From NCBI GenBank assembly GCA_002937895.1, contig PTKV01000007.1, positions 9,440 through 73,439 on the forward strand: a stretch of DNA of 64,000 bases, in the 5' to 3' direction. The notes under the pieces are model-generated. The model did not search any database and was not told where the DNA came from. It saw only the letters and a list, made by a program, of their open reading frames with translations. A program made the translations under genes and the position numbers. This stretch comes from Alphaproteobacteria bacterium MarineAlpha5_Bin9. Its GTDB lineage: Bacteria > Pseudomonadota > Alphaproteobacteria > HIMB59 > GCA-002718135. Shown here piece by piece: positions 37,521-48,922 of the stretch (the first letter of the stretch is position 1; the number at the start of each line of letters is the position of its first letter).

Positions 37521-38940
37521 TTTTATCAAATTTATTGATCATAAGAAACAATTTATTTTTAATAAGAAACTTAAAATTAAATATCTAACCAAAAATTCAA
37601 AACTGGTAAGAAAAAATTCAATTTATATTGTTGATTACAAAAAAAAAATTAAAAAAAATTATCTACTTGAGGCAAAAAAAAATGGAGCAGTTTTTATCTT
37701 AACAAATAAAAATATCAGAAATTCTCCCATTCCTTATGTAAAAAGCAAAAATATTGATGAAGATATTAAAAAAATACTCTATAAGTTAAAGCCAAATAAA
37801 CCAAAAAACATAATTGGCATAACTGGAACAAACGGCAAAAGTTCTGTTTTATTATTTTTATCATCAATTTTAAGTAATTTAAAAATAGAAACAAGTTCAA
37901 TTGGCACTTTAGGATACTATAAAAATTTAAAATATATTTGTAATTCTAATTTAACTACACCAGAGTATGAAGAAATTTATCAATATTCTCACTCATTAAG
38001 ACCTAATAAAAATGTGTTCGTTTTTGAAGTTTCAAGTCACGCTATAGCTTTAAAAAGACTTAACAATATTTTATTAGATATAGCTGTATTAACAAATATT
38101 ACAAGAGATCATTTAGATTTTCACGGCAATTTTAAAAATTACCAAAAAACAAAATTTAATCTTTTTATTAAACATCTAAAATCAAATGGTTATGCAGTAC
38201 TAAATAATAAAATAAAAGACATAAATCTTTTAAAAAAAATAATTAAACAAAAAAAAATAAAAATAACAACTTATGGAAATCAAGCTAGTGATGTATACTG
38301 TTTTATAAAAAACAATATTACTAAATTAAAAATTAAATCTAAAATTTATAATATAAACTTTAAGCCATATGCAAATTTTGAACTTGATAATTTGAGTTGT
38401 GCGATTAGTTGTTGTATACAATTAGGAATTTCAGAATCTTCTATAATAAAATCTATTAATAAAATAAAAAGACCTCAAGGAAGAATGGAATTAATAAAAA
38501 AATTAAAAAATGGATCTAAAGTTTTTATTGATTTTGCTCATACGCCAGACGCTCTTGAAAACGTATTAAAATCTCAAATTTTAGAAACAAATGAGATAAG
38601 TCTAGTGTTTGGCTGTGGTGGAAATAGAGACTATGGCAAGAGAAGGAAAATGGGTTTAATTGCAAACAAATATGCAAAAAATATTTATGTAACAGATGAT
38701 AATCCAAGATATGAAAATCCTAATAAAATTAGAGAAGAGATACTTAAATACTGTAAAAGGGCTAAAAATATATCTAATAGAAAGGATGCTATATTATCAT
38801 CACTTAAAAATTTAAAATCTAAATCAATATTAATAATAGCTGGAAAGGGACATGAAAAATTTCAGATCATTAAAAATAAAAAAATTAAATTCGATGATGC
38901 TGAGGTAGTTAAAAATTGTATAAAAAAGCTAAAGTTATAA
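37507..38940 (+). CDS. murE: UDP-MurNAc-dipeptide--meso-DAP ligase
   Basis: ITGTNGKS, LTTP, EVSSH, DHLDFH, DFAHTPD, FGCGGNRD and DNPR (mDAP specificity) motifs. Confidence 0.96.
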   Translation: MKLYNFIKFIDHKKQFIFNKKLKIKYLTKNSKLVRKNSIYIVDYKKKIKKNYLLEAKKNGAVFILTNKNIRNSPIPYVKSKNIDEDIKKILYKLKPNKPKNIIGITGTNGKSSVLLFLSSILSNLKIETSSIGTLGYYKNLKYICNSNLTTPEYEEIYQYSHSLRPNKNVFVFEVSSHAIALKRLNNILLDIAVLTNITRDHLDFHGNFKNYQKTKFNLFIKHLKSNGYAVLNNKIKDINLLKKIIKQKKIKITTYGNQASDVYCFIKNNITKLKIKSKIYNINFKPYANFELDNLSCAISCCIQLGISESSIIKSINKIKRPQGRMELIKKLKNGSKVFIDFAHTPDALENVLKSQILETNEISLVFGCGGNRDYGKRRKMGLIANKYAKNIYVTDDNPRYENPNKIREEILKYCKRAKNISNRKDAILSSLKNLKSKSILIIAGKGHEKFQIIKNKKIKFDDAEVVKNCIKKLKL

Positions 38941-38942
38941 TA

Positions 38943-40322
38943 ATGAAAAATTTAAAAAATAAAATAAATTCATATTTAATAAAAAATAAAGATAAGTTAA
39001 AGATTAATAGCAAAGATATTGCTAAAAATGATGTTTTTCTAGCTTTAACTGGCTCTAGTCAACATGGGAAGAATTATATTCAGGAAGCGATTAATAAGGG
39101 AGCTAAATATATAATAGTTGATGAAAAAATTAACAGAGTGATATCTTCTAAAATTTTATATCAAAAAAATATTTTTAAATATTTAGAAACATTAGCAATT
39201 ATTAAGAGGAAAAAGTTTAAAGGTCAAAGAATAGCCGTAACTGGAAGTGTAGGAAAAACAACTATTAAAGAATATTTAAATTTTTTCCTATCAATTGAAC
39301 AAAAAACATTTTCCTCAAAAAAAAGCTATAATAATTATTTAGGTGTGTTACTCACTATGATAAATTTAGATTTAAAATCTTTTTTTTCTGTTTTTGAAGT
39401 TGGAACAAATAGTTTTAATGAAATTAGAAAATTAGCTTCATTAATTTTACCTCAGCAAGTTGTTATTACTAATATAAATCCTACACATTTAGAAAATTTA
39501 ATTAATACTAGAAATATTGCAAAAGAAAAATCTGATCTTTTTAACCCAAGGTATAACCCAAAAGTTAAATTTTTAGTTTTGCCAAATTGGAATAAAGATG
39601 AAAAATTTATGATTAATAAAGCAAAGAAATATAAAATAAAAAAAATAATAACTTTTGGAAACAATAAATCTGATTATTATATAAAAGATTATACTAATTT
39701 AAAAAAACATATATCTAAAGTAAAATATATAACTCCTTATTCAAATTTTGATCTTAACACTTCTCTTAATTTTGAACATCAATTTATAAATTTACTTATT
39801 CCATTAATTTTTTTTGATTATAACAAACTATCACGAGAAAAATTAGCAAAGAGTGCTCTAAAAGTTCCTTCTATAGAAAGAAGAGGGAAAATCTCAAAAA
39901 TTACTATTAATAAAAAGAAAATTAAGATTATAGATGAGAGTTATAATGCCAGTCCTATTACTATGCTTAATTGTATTAAATACTTACAAAAAATTAATAT
40001 TCCAAATCATGCAAAAAAAATTATAGTTTTAGGTGAAATGCTAGAATTAGGAAAAAAATCAAATTTTTTTCATAAACAAATAATTGTAAAATCCTTTAAT
40101 TCTAATATTGACATCATAGTCTTTTGTGGCGAAAAATTTAAAAAAATTTTATCTAAAATAAAAACACAAAATAATATATTTTATTTTGACCAAGAATATC
40201 AAATTTATGATTTTATATTTAAAAAAATTCAAAAAAATGACATAATTCTAGCTAAAGGTTCAAACTTATCAAAAATTAGTTTTTTTGTTAAACTGCTATT
40301 TAATAAACAAAAGGTAGAATAA
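38943..40322 (+). CDS. murF: UDP-MurNAc-tripeptide--D-Ala-D-Ala ligase
   Basis: [32 protein letters not shown] and KGS motifs; ATG 38943 follows the murE stop. Confidence 0.95.
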   Translation: MKNLKNKINSYLIKNKDKLKINSKDIAKNDVFLALTGSSQHGKNYIQEAINKGAKYIIVDEKINRVISSKILYQKNIFKYLETLAIIKRKKFKGQRIAVTGSVGKTTIKEYLNFFLSIEQKTFSSKKSYNNYLGVLLTMINLDLKSFFSVFEVGTNSFNEIRKLASLILPQQVVITNINPTHLENLINTRNIAKEKSDLFNPRYNPKVKFLVLPNWNKDEKFMINKAKKYKIKKIITFGNNKSDYYIKDYTNLKKHISKVKYITPYSNFDLNTSLNFEHQFINLLIPLIFFDYNKLSREKLAKSALKVPSIERRGKISKITINKKKIKIIDESYNASPITMLNCIKYLQKINIPNHAKKIIVLGEMLELGKKSNFFHKQIIVKSFNSNIDIIVFCGEKFKKILSKIKTQNNIFYFDQEYQIYDFIFKKIQKNDIILAKGSNLSKISFFVKLLFNKQKVE

Positions 40323-40323
40323 A

Positions 40324-41412
40324 TTGTTTTTATATATATCAAATGAATTCACATCAAATCTCAGTTTTTTGAATTTATTTTCTTATATTACTTTTAGAAC
40401 TGGAGGGGCGATACTAACCGCTTTATTTTTTTCATTAATATTTGGTGAAGTAATTATAAAACTTTTATCCTCTTTTCAGCCTGTAGGTCAACCTATTAGA
40501 AAAGATGGACCTGAAAGACATATTGTTGAAAAAGCTGGAACACCAACAATGGGGGGAGTTTTAATTGTAAGTAGTATTTTGATTTCTGTATTGATGTGGT
40601 CAGATCTTACAAATATATTTATTTGGATTTCTATTTTTTCTATTGTCTCTTTTGGATTAATAGGTTTATTAGATGATTATAAAAAAATCAAATCTTCAGA
40701 TTCAACTGGATTAAAAGCTTCAACAAGAATTATCGTACAAATTCTTTTTAGTTTTGTTATAATATTAAGTATATATTTAGTTATGCCAGAAAATTTGAAG
40801 ACTATAGTAACTTTTCCATTTTTTAAAAATTTATTTATTGATTTGAGTTTTTTTATTTTTCCTTTTGCCATTTTTTTAATTATTGGATCAGCAAATTCTG
40901 TAAATTTAACTGATGGGTTAGATGGATTGGCAATTGTTCCGGTTCTTATAGTAGCATTATCATTTAGTTTTATAGCTTATGTTTGTGGAAATGTTATTTT
41001 ATCAAATTACTTGCAATTAATTCATATTCCAGGGAGTGGAGAATTAGCTGTAATATGTGGCTCACTAGTAGGAGCAGCTTTAGGATTTTTGTGGTTTAAT
41101 GCACCACCTGCTAAAGTATTCATGGGCGATACTGGATCACTATCAATGGGGGGAGCTCTAGGAACATTTTCAATAATCACTAAACATGAAATAGTTTTAG
41201 CTATAATTGGAGGACTATTTGTTTTGGAAACAATGTCAGTAGTAATACAGGTTATAAGTTTTAAATTAACAGGCAAAAGAATTTTTAGAATGGCTCCTCT
41301 CCATCATCATTTTGAAAAAAAAGGATGGGCTGAATCTACTATTGTTATTAGGTTCTGGATTATAACAATAGTTTTAGCATTAATAGGTTTATCAACTTTG
41401 AAAATTAGATAA
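40324..41412 (+). CDS. mraY: Phospho-N-acetylmuramoyl-pentapeptide transferase
   Basis: [25 protein letters not shown] and MAPLHHHFE motifs; TTG start. Confidence 0.98.
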   Translation: MFLYISNEFTSNLSFLNLFSYITFRTGGAILTALFFSLIFGEVIIKLLSSFQPVGQPIRKDGPERHIVEKAGTPTMGGVLIVSSILISVLMWSDLTNIFIWISIFSIVSFGLIGLLDDYKKIKSSDSTGLKASTRIIVQILFSFVIILSIYLVMPENLKTIVTFPFFKNLFIDLSFFIFPFAIFLIIGSANSVNLTDGLDGLAIVPVLIVALSFSFIAYVCGNVILSNYLQLIHIPGSGELAVICGSLVGAALGFLWFNAPPAKVFMGDTGSLSMGGALGTFSIITKHEIVLAIIGGLFVLETMSVVIQVISFKLTGKRIFRMAPLHHHFEKKGWAESTIVIRFWIITIVLALIGLSTLKIR

Positions 41413-41438
41413 TTGTTACTGAAAGTTGATATAATATT

Positions 41439-42779
41439 ATGATTTATTTATATGGTTTAAGCATAAGTGGAGAGTCATTAATTAGATATTTTAATGCAAA
41501 AAAAATTTCTTTTTTAGCCTGGGATGACAATGATAAACAAAGAAAAAATTTAAAAAAAAAATATAAAAAAATAAATTTGATTAATCCAAAAAAAATTAAA
41601 TGGGAAAACATAAAGGAAATTTATGTTAGTCCAGGGATTGATTTAAATATAAATATTTTTAATAGACCAAAAAAATTTCAAATTCCTATTTATAGAGATT
41701 TAGAATTATATTCACAAAAAAGAGATAATAAAAAAGTTATTGCTATTACAGGCACAAATGGAAAGTCAACATCTGTTAAATTATTAAGTGATTTATTTAA
41801 AAAAAATAAAATTAATCATTTTGTTGGTGGAAATTATGGCACACCACTTTTTGATGTTTTTAATAAAGAAAAAAAATATCAATTTGATATAATCGAACTT
41901 AGTTCATTTCAATTAGAATCAGCTCCTTCTTTTAAGTCACTTATTTCTGTTTTGTTGAACATTTCTATAGATCATCAAGAAAGATACAAAAATGTCAATG
42001 AATATATAAAAACTAAAGAAAGGATTTTTTGTAATGGAAATTTTAATTATGGAATAATTTCTGTAGATGATAAATATTGCAAAAAAATATATATAAAAAA
42101 TTCTTATAATAAAAAAAAATTAATACCAATTTCTATTATAAAAAAATTGTCTCATGGAGTATCAATAAGAGATAATTATATTTATGATAATTTTTTCAAA
42201 AAAGGTTTTTGTCATAAATTTGATAAAAGTTCTTCTTTAAATGGAGAATTTAACAATCAAAATATTTTAATATCATATATAGTTTCAAAATTATTAAAAT
42301 TAAATTTTGAACTTTTTAATAAAACAATTTCTTTTTATAAAGGGCTACCTCATAGACTTGAAAAAATATATGAAAGTAAAAAACTAATAATTATAAATAA
42401 TAGTAAAGCTACAAATATGAATTCAACATTAGAATCCATAAAAATTTATGAAAATATTTTTTTGATATTAGGTGGAAAAATTAAAGCTAATAATTTTAAT
42501 GATTTGAAGATAGTAAAAAACAAAATATTACAATGTTTTGTGATAGGTAAAGAAACTGAATTTATTTATAATCAAATTTTAGATTATTTCCCAACATATA
42601 AAAGCTATCAATTACATAATGCTATAAATCAAATTTTCAAAGAAATAAACAAGACTAGCAAAAAAATTATTATATTATTTTCACCTGCTTGTTCTTCTTT
42701 TGATCAGTTTAAAAATTTTGAAGATAGAGGTAATAAATTTAAAAAATTAATAAAGCATAAAGTTTCGAGTTATGAATAA
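41439..42779 (+). CDS. murD: UDP-MurNAc-L-Ala--D-glutamate ligase
   Basis: SPG, ITGTNGKST, ELSSFQL, DHQERY, NSKATN and SPACSSFDQFKNFEDRG motifs. Confidence 0.96.
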   Translation: MIYLYGLSISGESLIRYFNAKKISFLAWDDNDKQRKNLKKKYKKINLINPKKIKWENIKEIYVSPGIDLNINIFNRPKKFQIPIYRDLELYSQKRDNKKVIAITGTNGKSTSVKLLSDLFKKNKINHFVGGNYGTPLFDVFNKEKKYQFDIIELSSFQLESAPSFKSLISVLLNISIDHQERYKNVNEYIKTKERIFCNGNFNYGIISVDDKYCKKIYIKNSYNKKKLIPISIIKKLSHGVSIRDNYIYDNFFKKGFCHKFDKSSSLNGEFNNQNILISYIVSKLLKLNFELFNKTISFYKGLPHRLEKIYESKKLIIINNSKATNMNSTLESIKIYENIFLILGGKIKANNFNDLKIVKNKILQCFVIGKETEFIYNQILDYFPTYKSYQLHNAINQIFKEINKTSKKIIILFSPACSSFDQFKNFEDRGNKFKKLIKHKVSSYE

Positions 42780-43842
42780 AATTTTTCAAAATTGGCTAAA
42801 AAATATAGATTTGTTTAGTTTCTTGAGTTTTATGATATTAATTATCATTGGGATTATTTTATCATTTTCTACTCAAGATAATCTCGCATTTATCCAAAGG
42901 CATTTATTTTATTCTTTTTTTTCCGTAATCTTAATTATTATTTTATCTTTCTTAGATGTTAAAAGAATAAGAAGAGTTTCTTTGATTGGATTAGTTATAT
43001 GTATTTTAATTATGATATTAATTCTATTCAACGATTTTGAGATAAATGGAGCAAAAAGATGGCTAAAATTTTTTGGTGGATTTACAATACAGCCATCTGA
43101 ATTTGTTAAACCATTTTTTTTTGTAATAAGTGGATGGTTTCTAACTAAAGGAATTGAAGGAAAAAACGAATCTTTATATTTTGTTTTTTTATCATTTCTA
43201 ACTCTAATTACATTATTAATATTACAACCTGATTTTGGTATGACAGTATTAATTTCTGTGACTTTTTTCTGTCAACTTTTTATGGCAGGATTATCTATAT
43301 ATTTAGTTGCTGTAGTATTTATTTTAATGATTTTATTGTTTTTTTTATCCTATATATTTTTAGGACATGTAAATTTAAGAATTAAATCTTGGATAGAACA
43401 TTTTATTAATCCAGATCCTTACTCACAAATTTCTAAAAGCTTAAATTCTTTTATGTCTGGTGGATTTTTAGGAAAAGGTCCAGGGCAGGGAAATCTAAAA
43501 AATCAATTACCTGAAGCAAATACTGATTTTATTTTTGCTGTTGCTGGTGAAGAATTTGGATTTATTTTTTGTAGCATAATTGTATCTGTTTTTTTAATCA
43601 TAATAATTAGAAATTTATTAAAATTATTAAAAATTGAAAAGCCATATATAATCATATCTATAGTTGGATTAATTTGCTCTTTTGGAATTCAAACACTAAT
43701 TAATATATTTAGTTCTCTTAGTTTAATTCCTGCAAAGGGAATGACTTTGCCATTAATAAGTTATGGCGGATCTTCAATGCTATCTACTGGAATATTAATT
43801 GGATTCTTATTATCTTTTACAAATAAAAAAAATTATGATTAA
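42772..43842 (+). CDS. ftsW: Peptidoglycan polymerase FtsW
   Basis: NGAKRW, QPSEFVK, QPDFG, LPEANTDF and KGMTLPLISYGGSS motifs. Confidence 0.96.
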   Translation: MNKIFQNWLKNIDLFSFLSFMILIIIGIILSFSTQDNLAFIQRHLFYSFFSVILIIILSFLDVKRIRRVSLIGLVICILIMILILFNDFEINGAKRWLKFFGGFTIQPSEFVKPFFFVISGWFLTKGIEGKNESLYFVFLSFLTLITLLILQPDFGMTVLISVTFFCQLFMAGLSIYLVAVVFILMILLFFLSYIFLGHVNLRIKSWIEHFINPDPYSQISKSLNSFMSGGFLGKGPGQGNLKNQLPEANTDFIFAVAGEEFGFIFCSIIVSVFLIIIIRNLLKLLKIEKPYIIISIVGLICSFGIQTLINIFSSLSLIPAKGMTLPLISYGGSSMLSTGILIGFLLSFTNKKNYD

Positions 43843-44911
43843 AGTCGAATACATCATTCTTACGGGAGGAACGGGAGGTCATGTTATACCAGCAGTAAAT
43901 TTTGCTAATTATCTTATTAAGAATGACAGAAAATGTATTTTAATTTTAGATAAAAGGGGAGATTTATATGCTAAAAATTTTTTAGGTAAAAAAATAATCA
44001 TTAATTCAGATTATTTCTCAAAAAATATTTTAAAATCTTTAAAGGCATCTTTTTTTTTATTTACTAGTTTTTTTTATACTTTATTTTTATTTTTAAGTAT
44101 TAAACCACAAAAATGCTTATCCTTTGGGAGTTACTCAACTTTTTCACCTTTATTAGCAGCTTTGATACTAAAATTATTTTTTAAAACAAAAATATATTTG
44201 CATGAACAAAATTCTTTTATTGGTAAAGTTAACAATTTTTTTGTTCCTTTTGTAGATAAAATTTTCTTAAATTACGAAAATACTCTTAATTTTAAAAAAA
44301 AATATTATTCAAAATCAATTTTATCTGGAATGCCCAACATATATAATAAAAAAAATATTAGAGATATTTATGTAAAAAATAAACAAATAAGTATTTTTAT
44401 TAGTGGAGGTAGTCAGGGTGCAATAAACATGAATAAATTATTATTAAATATAATAATTAAATTACCTCAAAATATTACTGATAAATTAAATTTAACTATT
44501 CAATCTTCATTAAATGAAAAAGAAAATTTGCAAAAAATAATTAAGAATTATATCAAAAATTATTCAATAGAGCCGTTTTTTAATAATTATATAGAAAAAT
44601 TAATTTCATCAGATTTATTAATTTCTAGATCGGGAGCAGGCACAGTAAATGATGTAATAATCTCACGAACTCCTAGTTTATTTATTCCTTACCCTTATTC
44701 CACAAGAAATCATCAAACACATAACGCTAGGTATCTAGTTGATAAAAGTGCTGCATTAATTATTGAACAAAAAAATTTATCAAACGACGAATCTTTTGAT
44801 CAAATCTATAATTTTATTTCAAATTTTGAAATGAGATATAAAATTTTTTGTAAATTGAAAAATATTCAATTACAAAACGCAAATGAAATAATTATTAGTA
44901 ATATAAAATGA
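43835..44911 (+). CDS. murG: Undecaprenyl-PP-MurNAc-pentapeptide GlcNAc transferase
   Basis: GGTGGHVIPA, HEQN, GGSQGA, SRSGAGT and HQTHNA motifs. Confidence 0.95.
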   Translation: MIKVEYIILTGGTGGHVIPAVNFANYLIKNDRKCILILDKRGDLYAKNFLGKKIIINSDYFSKNILKSLKASFFLFTSFFYTLFLFLSIKPQKCLSFGSYSTFSPLLAALILKLFFKTKIYLHEQNSFIGKVNNFFVPFVDKIFLNYENTLNFKKKYYSKSILSGMPNIYNKKNIRDIYVKNKQISIFISGGSQGAINMNKLLLNIIIKLPQNITDKLNLTIQSSLNEKENLQKIIKNYIKNYSIEPFFNNYIEKLISSDLLISRSGAGTVNDVIISRTPSLFIPYPYSTRNHQTHNARYLVDKSAALIIEQKNLSNDESFDQIYNFISNFEMRYKIFCKLKNIQLQNANEIIISNIK

Positions 44912-46305
44912 AATATTTTAAAAATATTAATACTTCAGTTATTCATTTTGTTGGAATAGGAGGTATTGGAATGTCAGGAATAGCAGAACTAATGATAAAG
45001 TTAGGATATGTTGTTCAAGGTAGTGATATTAGTAATAATCTTAGTATTGAAAAATTAATTAAGAATAAAATTAGAGTTTTCTTTAAACATGAGTCAAAAA
45101 ATATAAAAAATGCAAATGTAGTTGTTTACTCATCTGCTATTAAAAAAAATAATCCTGAACTTATTGCTGCGAAAAAAAAATCAATACCTATTGTTAGTAG
45201 AGCAGATATGTTGGCAGAATTGATGAGAACAAAACAATCTATAGCTATAGCTGGATCTCATGGAAAAACCACAACGACTAGTTTAGTAGGAACAATGTTA
45301 CAAGATTGTAATATGGATCCCACTATAGTTAATGGGGGTATAATTAATTCATTTTCTAGTAATTATAGATTTGGCTTAAGTCAGTTAATGGTAGTTGAGG
45401 CAGATGAAAGTGATGGTTCTTTTCTTAAACTTCCTCACGAAATAAATATAATTACAAATATTGATCCCGAACATATGGAATACTATAAATCTTTTAAAAG
45501 TTTATTTAGAGCATTTCAAAAATTTGCTTCTAATATACCAATTTATGGAGTTTCAATTATTTGTATTGAAAATATTAACTCAAAACAGCTTGCATTAAAT
45601 ATTAAAAATAGAAACATTATTACATATGGAATAAATAAAAAACAAGCAGATTTAAATATAACAAATATAATTTTTAAAAAAAAATATTCATATTTTGAAG
45701 TTGAATTAAAAAAAAATAGATTTTTTAAATATAAACAAAAATACAAATTTAAATTAAAATTATTTGGTAAACATAATATTTTAAATTCAACAGCATCATT
45801 AGCGGTAGGTTTGCATTTAAAAATTCCAATTATAAAGATCAAAAACTCTTTTTCAAATTTTGAAGGAGTTAAAAGAAGATTTTCATTAATAGGAAGAAAA
45901 AATCATGCATATATATATGATGATTATGCTCATCATCCAGAAGAAATAAAAGCAACTTTAGAAATATCAAAGTTAATTAATAAAAATAAAGTAATTATAG
46001 TTTTTCAGCCACATAGATACTCTAGAACAAAATTTTTATATAATGAGTTTATTAGAATTTTGTCAAAAATAGATATTTTATATGTATGTGATATTTATTC
46101 TGCTGGCGAAAAACAAATTAAAAATTTAAATTCTTTAAAGATTGTTAATGATTTAAAAATAAAAGGCTCTAAAAACGTATTTTATGTTAAAAATTCAAAT
46201 AACCTAAAATATTTATTAGAAAAATATTTTCATAGTAACAATGCAATAATTTTTATGGGCGCTGGAACAATTAGTCAATTTGCTAAAGATATAATGGTAA
46301 AATAA
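44908..46305 (+). CDS. murC: UDP-N-acetylmuramate--L-alanine ligase
   Basis: GIGGIGMSG, GSHGKTTT, EADESDGSF, DDYAHHP and FQPHRYSR motifs. Confidence 0.98.
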   Translation: MKYFKNINTSVIHFVGIGGIGMSGIAELMIKLGYVVQGSDISNNLSIEKLIKNKIRVFFKHESKNIKNANVVVYSSAIKKNNPELIAAKKKSIPIVSRADMLAELMRTKQSIAIAGSHGKTTTTSLVGTMLQDCNMDPTIVNGGIINSFSSNYRFGLSQLMVVEADESDGSFLKLPHEINIITNIDPEHMEYYKSFKSLFRAFQKFASNIPIYGVSIICIENINSKQLALNIKNRNIITYGINKKQADLNITNIIFKKKYSYFEVELKKNRFFKYKQKYKFKLKLFGKHNILNSTASLAVGLHLKIPIIKIKNSFSNFEGVKRRFSLIGRKNHAYIYDDYAHHPEEIKATLEISKLINKNKVIIVFQPHRYSRTKFLYNEFIRILSKIDILYVCDIYSAGEKQIKNLNSLKIVNDLKIKGSKNVFYVKNSNNLKYLLEKYFHSNNAIIFMGAGTISQFAKDIMVK

Positions 46306-46306
46306 A

Positions 46307-47209
46307 TTGTACGAAAATTTAGAAAAAATTGCTACAAAATTAAAAAGTAAGTTTTATTTTAATTTTGATATTTATAAAAAAACTTGGTTTAGAACAGGCG
46401 GTAAATGTGATGTTTTCTGCGAGGTTTACGATCAAAATGAATTTGAAATAATCCTAAACAATCTAGATGAAATATTACCAACATATGTAATAGGTTTAGG
46501 ATCTAATATTTTAATAAGAGATAAAGGTTTTAGAGGTATAATTTTTAAACTTGGAAAATCTTTTAATAAAATTGATATTATTGAAGATAAGATTTATGCT
46601 GGAACAAGTATTTTAGATATAAATTTTTCTAAATTTGCACTTATGAATTCTTTATCTGGTGCAGAATTTTTATCTGGTATTCCTGGAACTTTAGGAGGAG
46701 CAATTAAAATGAATGCAGGATGTTGTAAAAGTGAAACAAAAGACATTTTGTTAGAAATTAATTTGATTAATAAAAAAGGCCTAAAAAAAAGATTAAAAAG
46801 TAATGATCTCGAACTTTCTTATAGAAATTCAAATATAAAAGATGATGATTACATACTTTCAGCATTATTTAATTTAAATAAAGCAGACAAAATTACAATT
46901 AATAAAAAAATGAAGGAAATTTATGAATATAGGAAAAAAACCCAACCTCTTAAGGTAAAAACTGGTGGTAGCACTTTTAAAAATCCGTTAGATAATCACG
47001 CAGGTAAGCTAATAGAAAATTCAGAATGTAAAGGTTTGATGCTAGGTGATGCGATTGTAAGCTCAAAACATGCTAATTTTATTATTAACTCAAAGAATGC
47101 TTCAGCATCTAATATTGAAGATTTAGGTAAAATTATTCAAGACAAAGTTTATAAGAAGTTTAACATTCTCTTAGAATGGGAAATCAAAATAATTGGTGAA
47201 AAAAATTGA
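46307..47209 (+). CDS. murB: UDP-N-acetylenolpyruvoylglucosamine reductase
   Basis: GLGSNIL, GIPGTLGG, MNAG, GSTFKNP, HANF and LEWE motifs; TTG start. Confidence 0.96.
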   Translation: MYENLEKIATKLKSKFYFNFDIYKKTWFRTGGKCDVFCEVYDQNEFEIILNNLDEILPTYVIGLGSNILIRDKGFRGIIFKLGKSFNKIDIIEDKIYAGTSILDINFSKFALMNSLSGAEFLSGIPGTLGGAIKMNAGCCKSETKDILLEINLINKKGLKKRLKSNDLELSYRNSNIKDDDYILSALFNLNKADKITINKKMKEIYEYRKKTQPLKVKTGGSTFKNPLDNHAGKLIENSECKGLMLGDAIVSSKHANFIINSKNASASNIEDLGKIIQDKVYKKFNILLEWEIKIIGEKN

Positions 47210-48162
47210 GTATTATAAAAATTTTAATTTTAAAAGGTGGTATGAACGAAGAACATTTAGTCTCTTTATCTTCAGCAAAAGAAGTAAAAAAAGCAATTAT
47301 TGAATTGGGATATAAATGCCAATCAATTATTGTTGATCCCAAAAATTTTAAATCTAAAATTAAAAACTATAAATTTGATGTTTGTTTTAACGCACTTCAT
47401 GGCACTTTTGGAGAGGATGGAAAAGTGCAAAAAATTTTATATGATAAAAAAATTAAATTTACACATTCTGGTATTAAAGCTTCAAAATTAGCTTTTAATA
47501 AACATTTAACAAAAAAAAAATTAACAAATAAAAAAGTAATTTTACCAAATTATAAATATATAAAAAAAAGGTTAATAAACAAAAAAATTTTAGAAAAATT
47601 TTTATTAGAAAATGGTGAATTTATTATAAAACCTGTATCTAGTGGTTCAAGTTATGGAATTAAGATTATATCTTCATTAAAACAAATCAATATTTTTTTA
47701 GATTTAATTAATAAAAAAAAATCAATTTATAAAAATCATAAAGACTTTTTATTAGAAAAAAAGATACAAGGTAAAGAATTAACAGTTGCAGTAATAAATG
47801 AAAAAGCAAAATCTAAAGCTATTGCAGTAACAGAAATTTTGTCAAAAAATAAATTTTTTGACTATAATGCTAAATATACAAACGGGAAATCAAAACATAT
47901 CTTGCCTGCAAAAATTCCTAAAAGAATTTATAAATTATGTTTAAAACAATCAAAAATGATTCATGATAAATTTAAATGTAAAGGTGTCACAAGATCAGAT
48001 TTTATTTATGATAATATTAATAATAGATTATATTTTTTAGAAATAAACACACAACCGGGATTAACAAAAATTTCTTTAGTTCCAGAGCAATTAAAATATT
48101 TCAAAAAAAGTTTTAATCAAATTATTAATGAGTTGATATTATCAGCTTCACAATCAAAATGA
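47206..48162 (+). CDS. ddl: D-alanine--D-alanine ligase
   Basis: EHLVSLSS, NALHGTFGEDG, GSSYG, FDYNAKY and EINTQPG motifs; TTG start overlaps the murB TGA. Confidence 0.96.
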   Translation: MSIIKILILKGGMNEEHLVSLSSAKEVKKAIIELGYKCQSIIVDPKNFKSKIKNYKFDVCFNALHGTFGEDGKVQKILYDKKIKFTHSGIKASKLAFNKHLTKKKLTNKKVILPNYKYIKKRLINKKILEKFLLENGEFIIKPVSSGSSYGIKIISSLKQINIFLDLINKKKSIYKNHKDFLLEKKIQGKELTVAVINEKAKSKAIAVTEILSKNKFFDYNAKYTNGKSKHILPAKIPKRIYKLCLKQSKMIHDKFKCKGVTRSDFIYDNINNRLYFLEINTQPGLTKISLVPEQLKYFKKSFNQIINELILSASQSK

Positions 48163-48920
48163 CAATTAATAGAAAAAAATTAAATTTATTTAATATTATA
48201 AAAAGAAATTACTTTTTTTTAATATCAATTATAGTTTTTTTTATCTTGTTTTTTATTTTGATAAGAAATGTTTCTAATATTAATTATATTATTAATTCTA
48301 TTTCATTAAGATATAATTTTATTTTAAGTGATGTAAGCATTAAAGGACTGAATAGAGTTTCTAAAGAAGAAATATCTTTATATTTTGAGGAATATTTTGA
48401 TAAATCTATATTTATAATTCCTATAAAAACCATTTCTAGAGATATAAAAAAAGAAAATCAATGGATAGAATCAATATCAATTAGAAATGATTTAAAAAGC
48501 AAAATTTTTATTAGTATTAAAGAATGGCAGCCATTAGCAATTTATTATAATGAATCAAAATATCTTTATATCAATGATAATGGAGAAATAATAGATTTTG
48601 TAGATAATAGTATAAATGAAGATTTAATTATAATATTTGGAAATAATTCACTTAGCAATTCACTTTTGCTTATAAATTCTATGCCAAGTGAATTAAAAAA
48701 ATTAACTTTGAGGATAGAATATGTCAACGATAGAAGATGGAATATATACACTAAAGATAATTTAATTATTAAACTTCCAGAAGAAAACTATACCGAAGCT
48801 ATGAAAAATTATTTAGATATATATAAAGATAATAATTTTACAAATTTAGATAACATTGAATCTATTGATATGAGAATTCCAAAAAAAGCTATTATAAAAT
48901 TTATAAAGAAAGATTCATAA
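48159..48920 (+). CDS. ftsQ: Cell division protein FtsQ
   Basis: TM plus POTRA-like domain, RRWNI, VKLP-like and IDMR motifs; lies between ddl and ftsA. Confidence 0.9.
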   Translation: MTINRKKLNLFNIIKRNYFFLISIIVFFILFFILIRNVSNINYIINSISLRYNFILSDVSIKGLNRVSKEEISLYFEEYFDKSIFIIPIKTISRDIKKENQWIESISIRNDLKSKIFISIKEWQPLAIYYNESKYLYINDNGEIIDFVDNSINEDLIIIFGNNSLSNSLLLINSMPSELKKLTLRIEYVNDRRWNIYTKDNLIIKLPEENYTEAMKNYLDIYKDNNFTNLDNIESIDMRIPKKAIIKFIKKDS

Positions 48921-48922
48921 AA

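Noticed and set aside
46165-46192. dif-like sequence (TTATGTTAAA XerD-like arm)
   Set aside because: It lies inside murC coding sequence and lacks the XerC arm (CATAA); expected by chance in AT-rich DNA.
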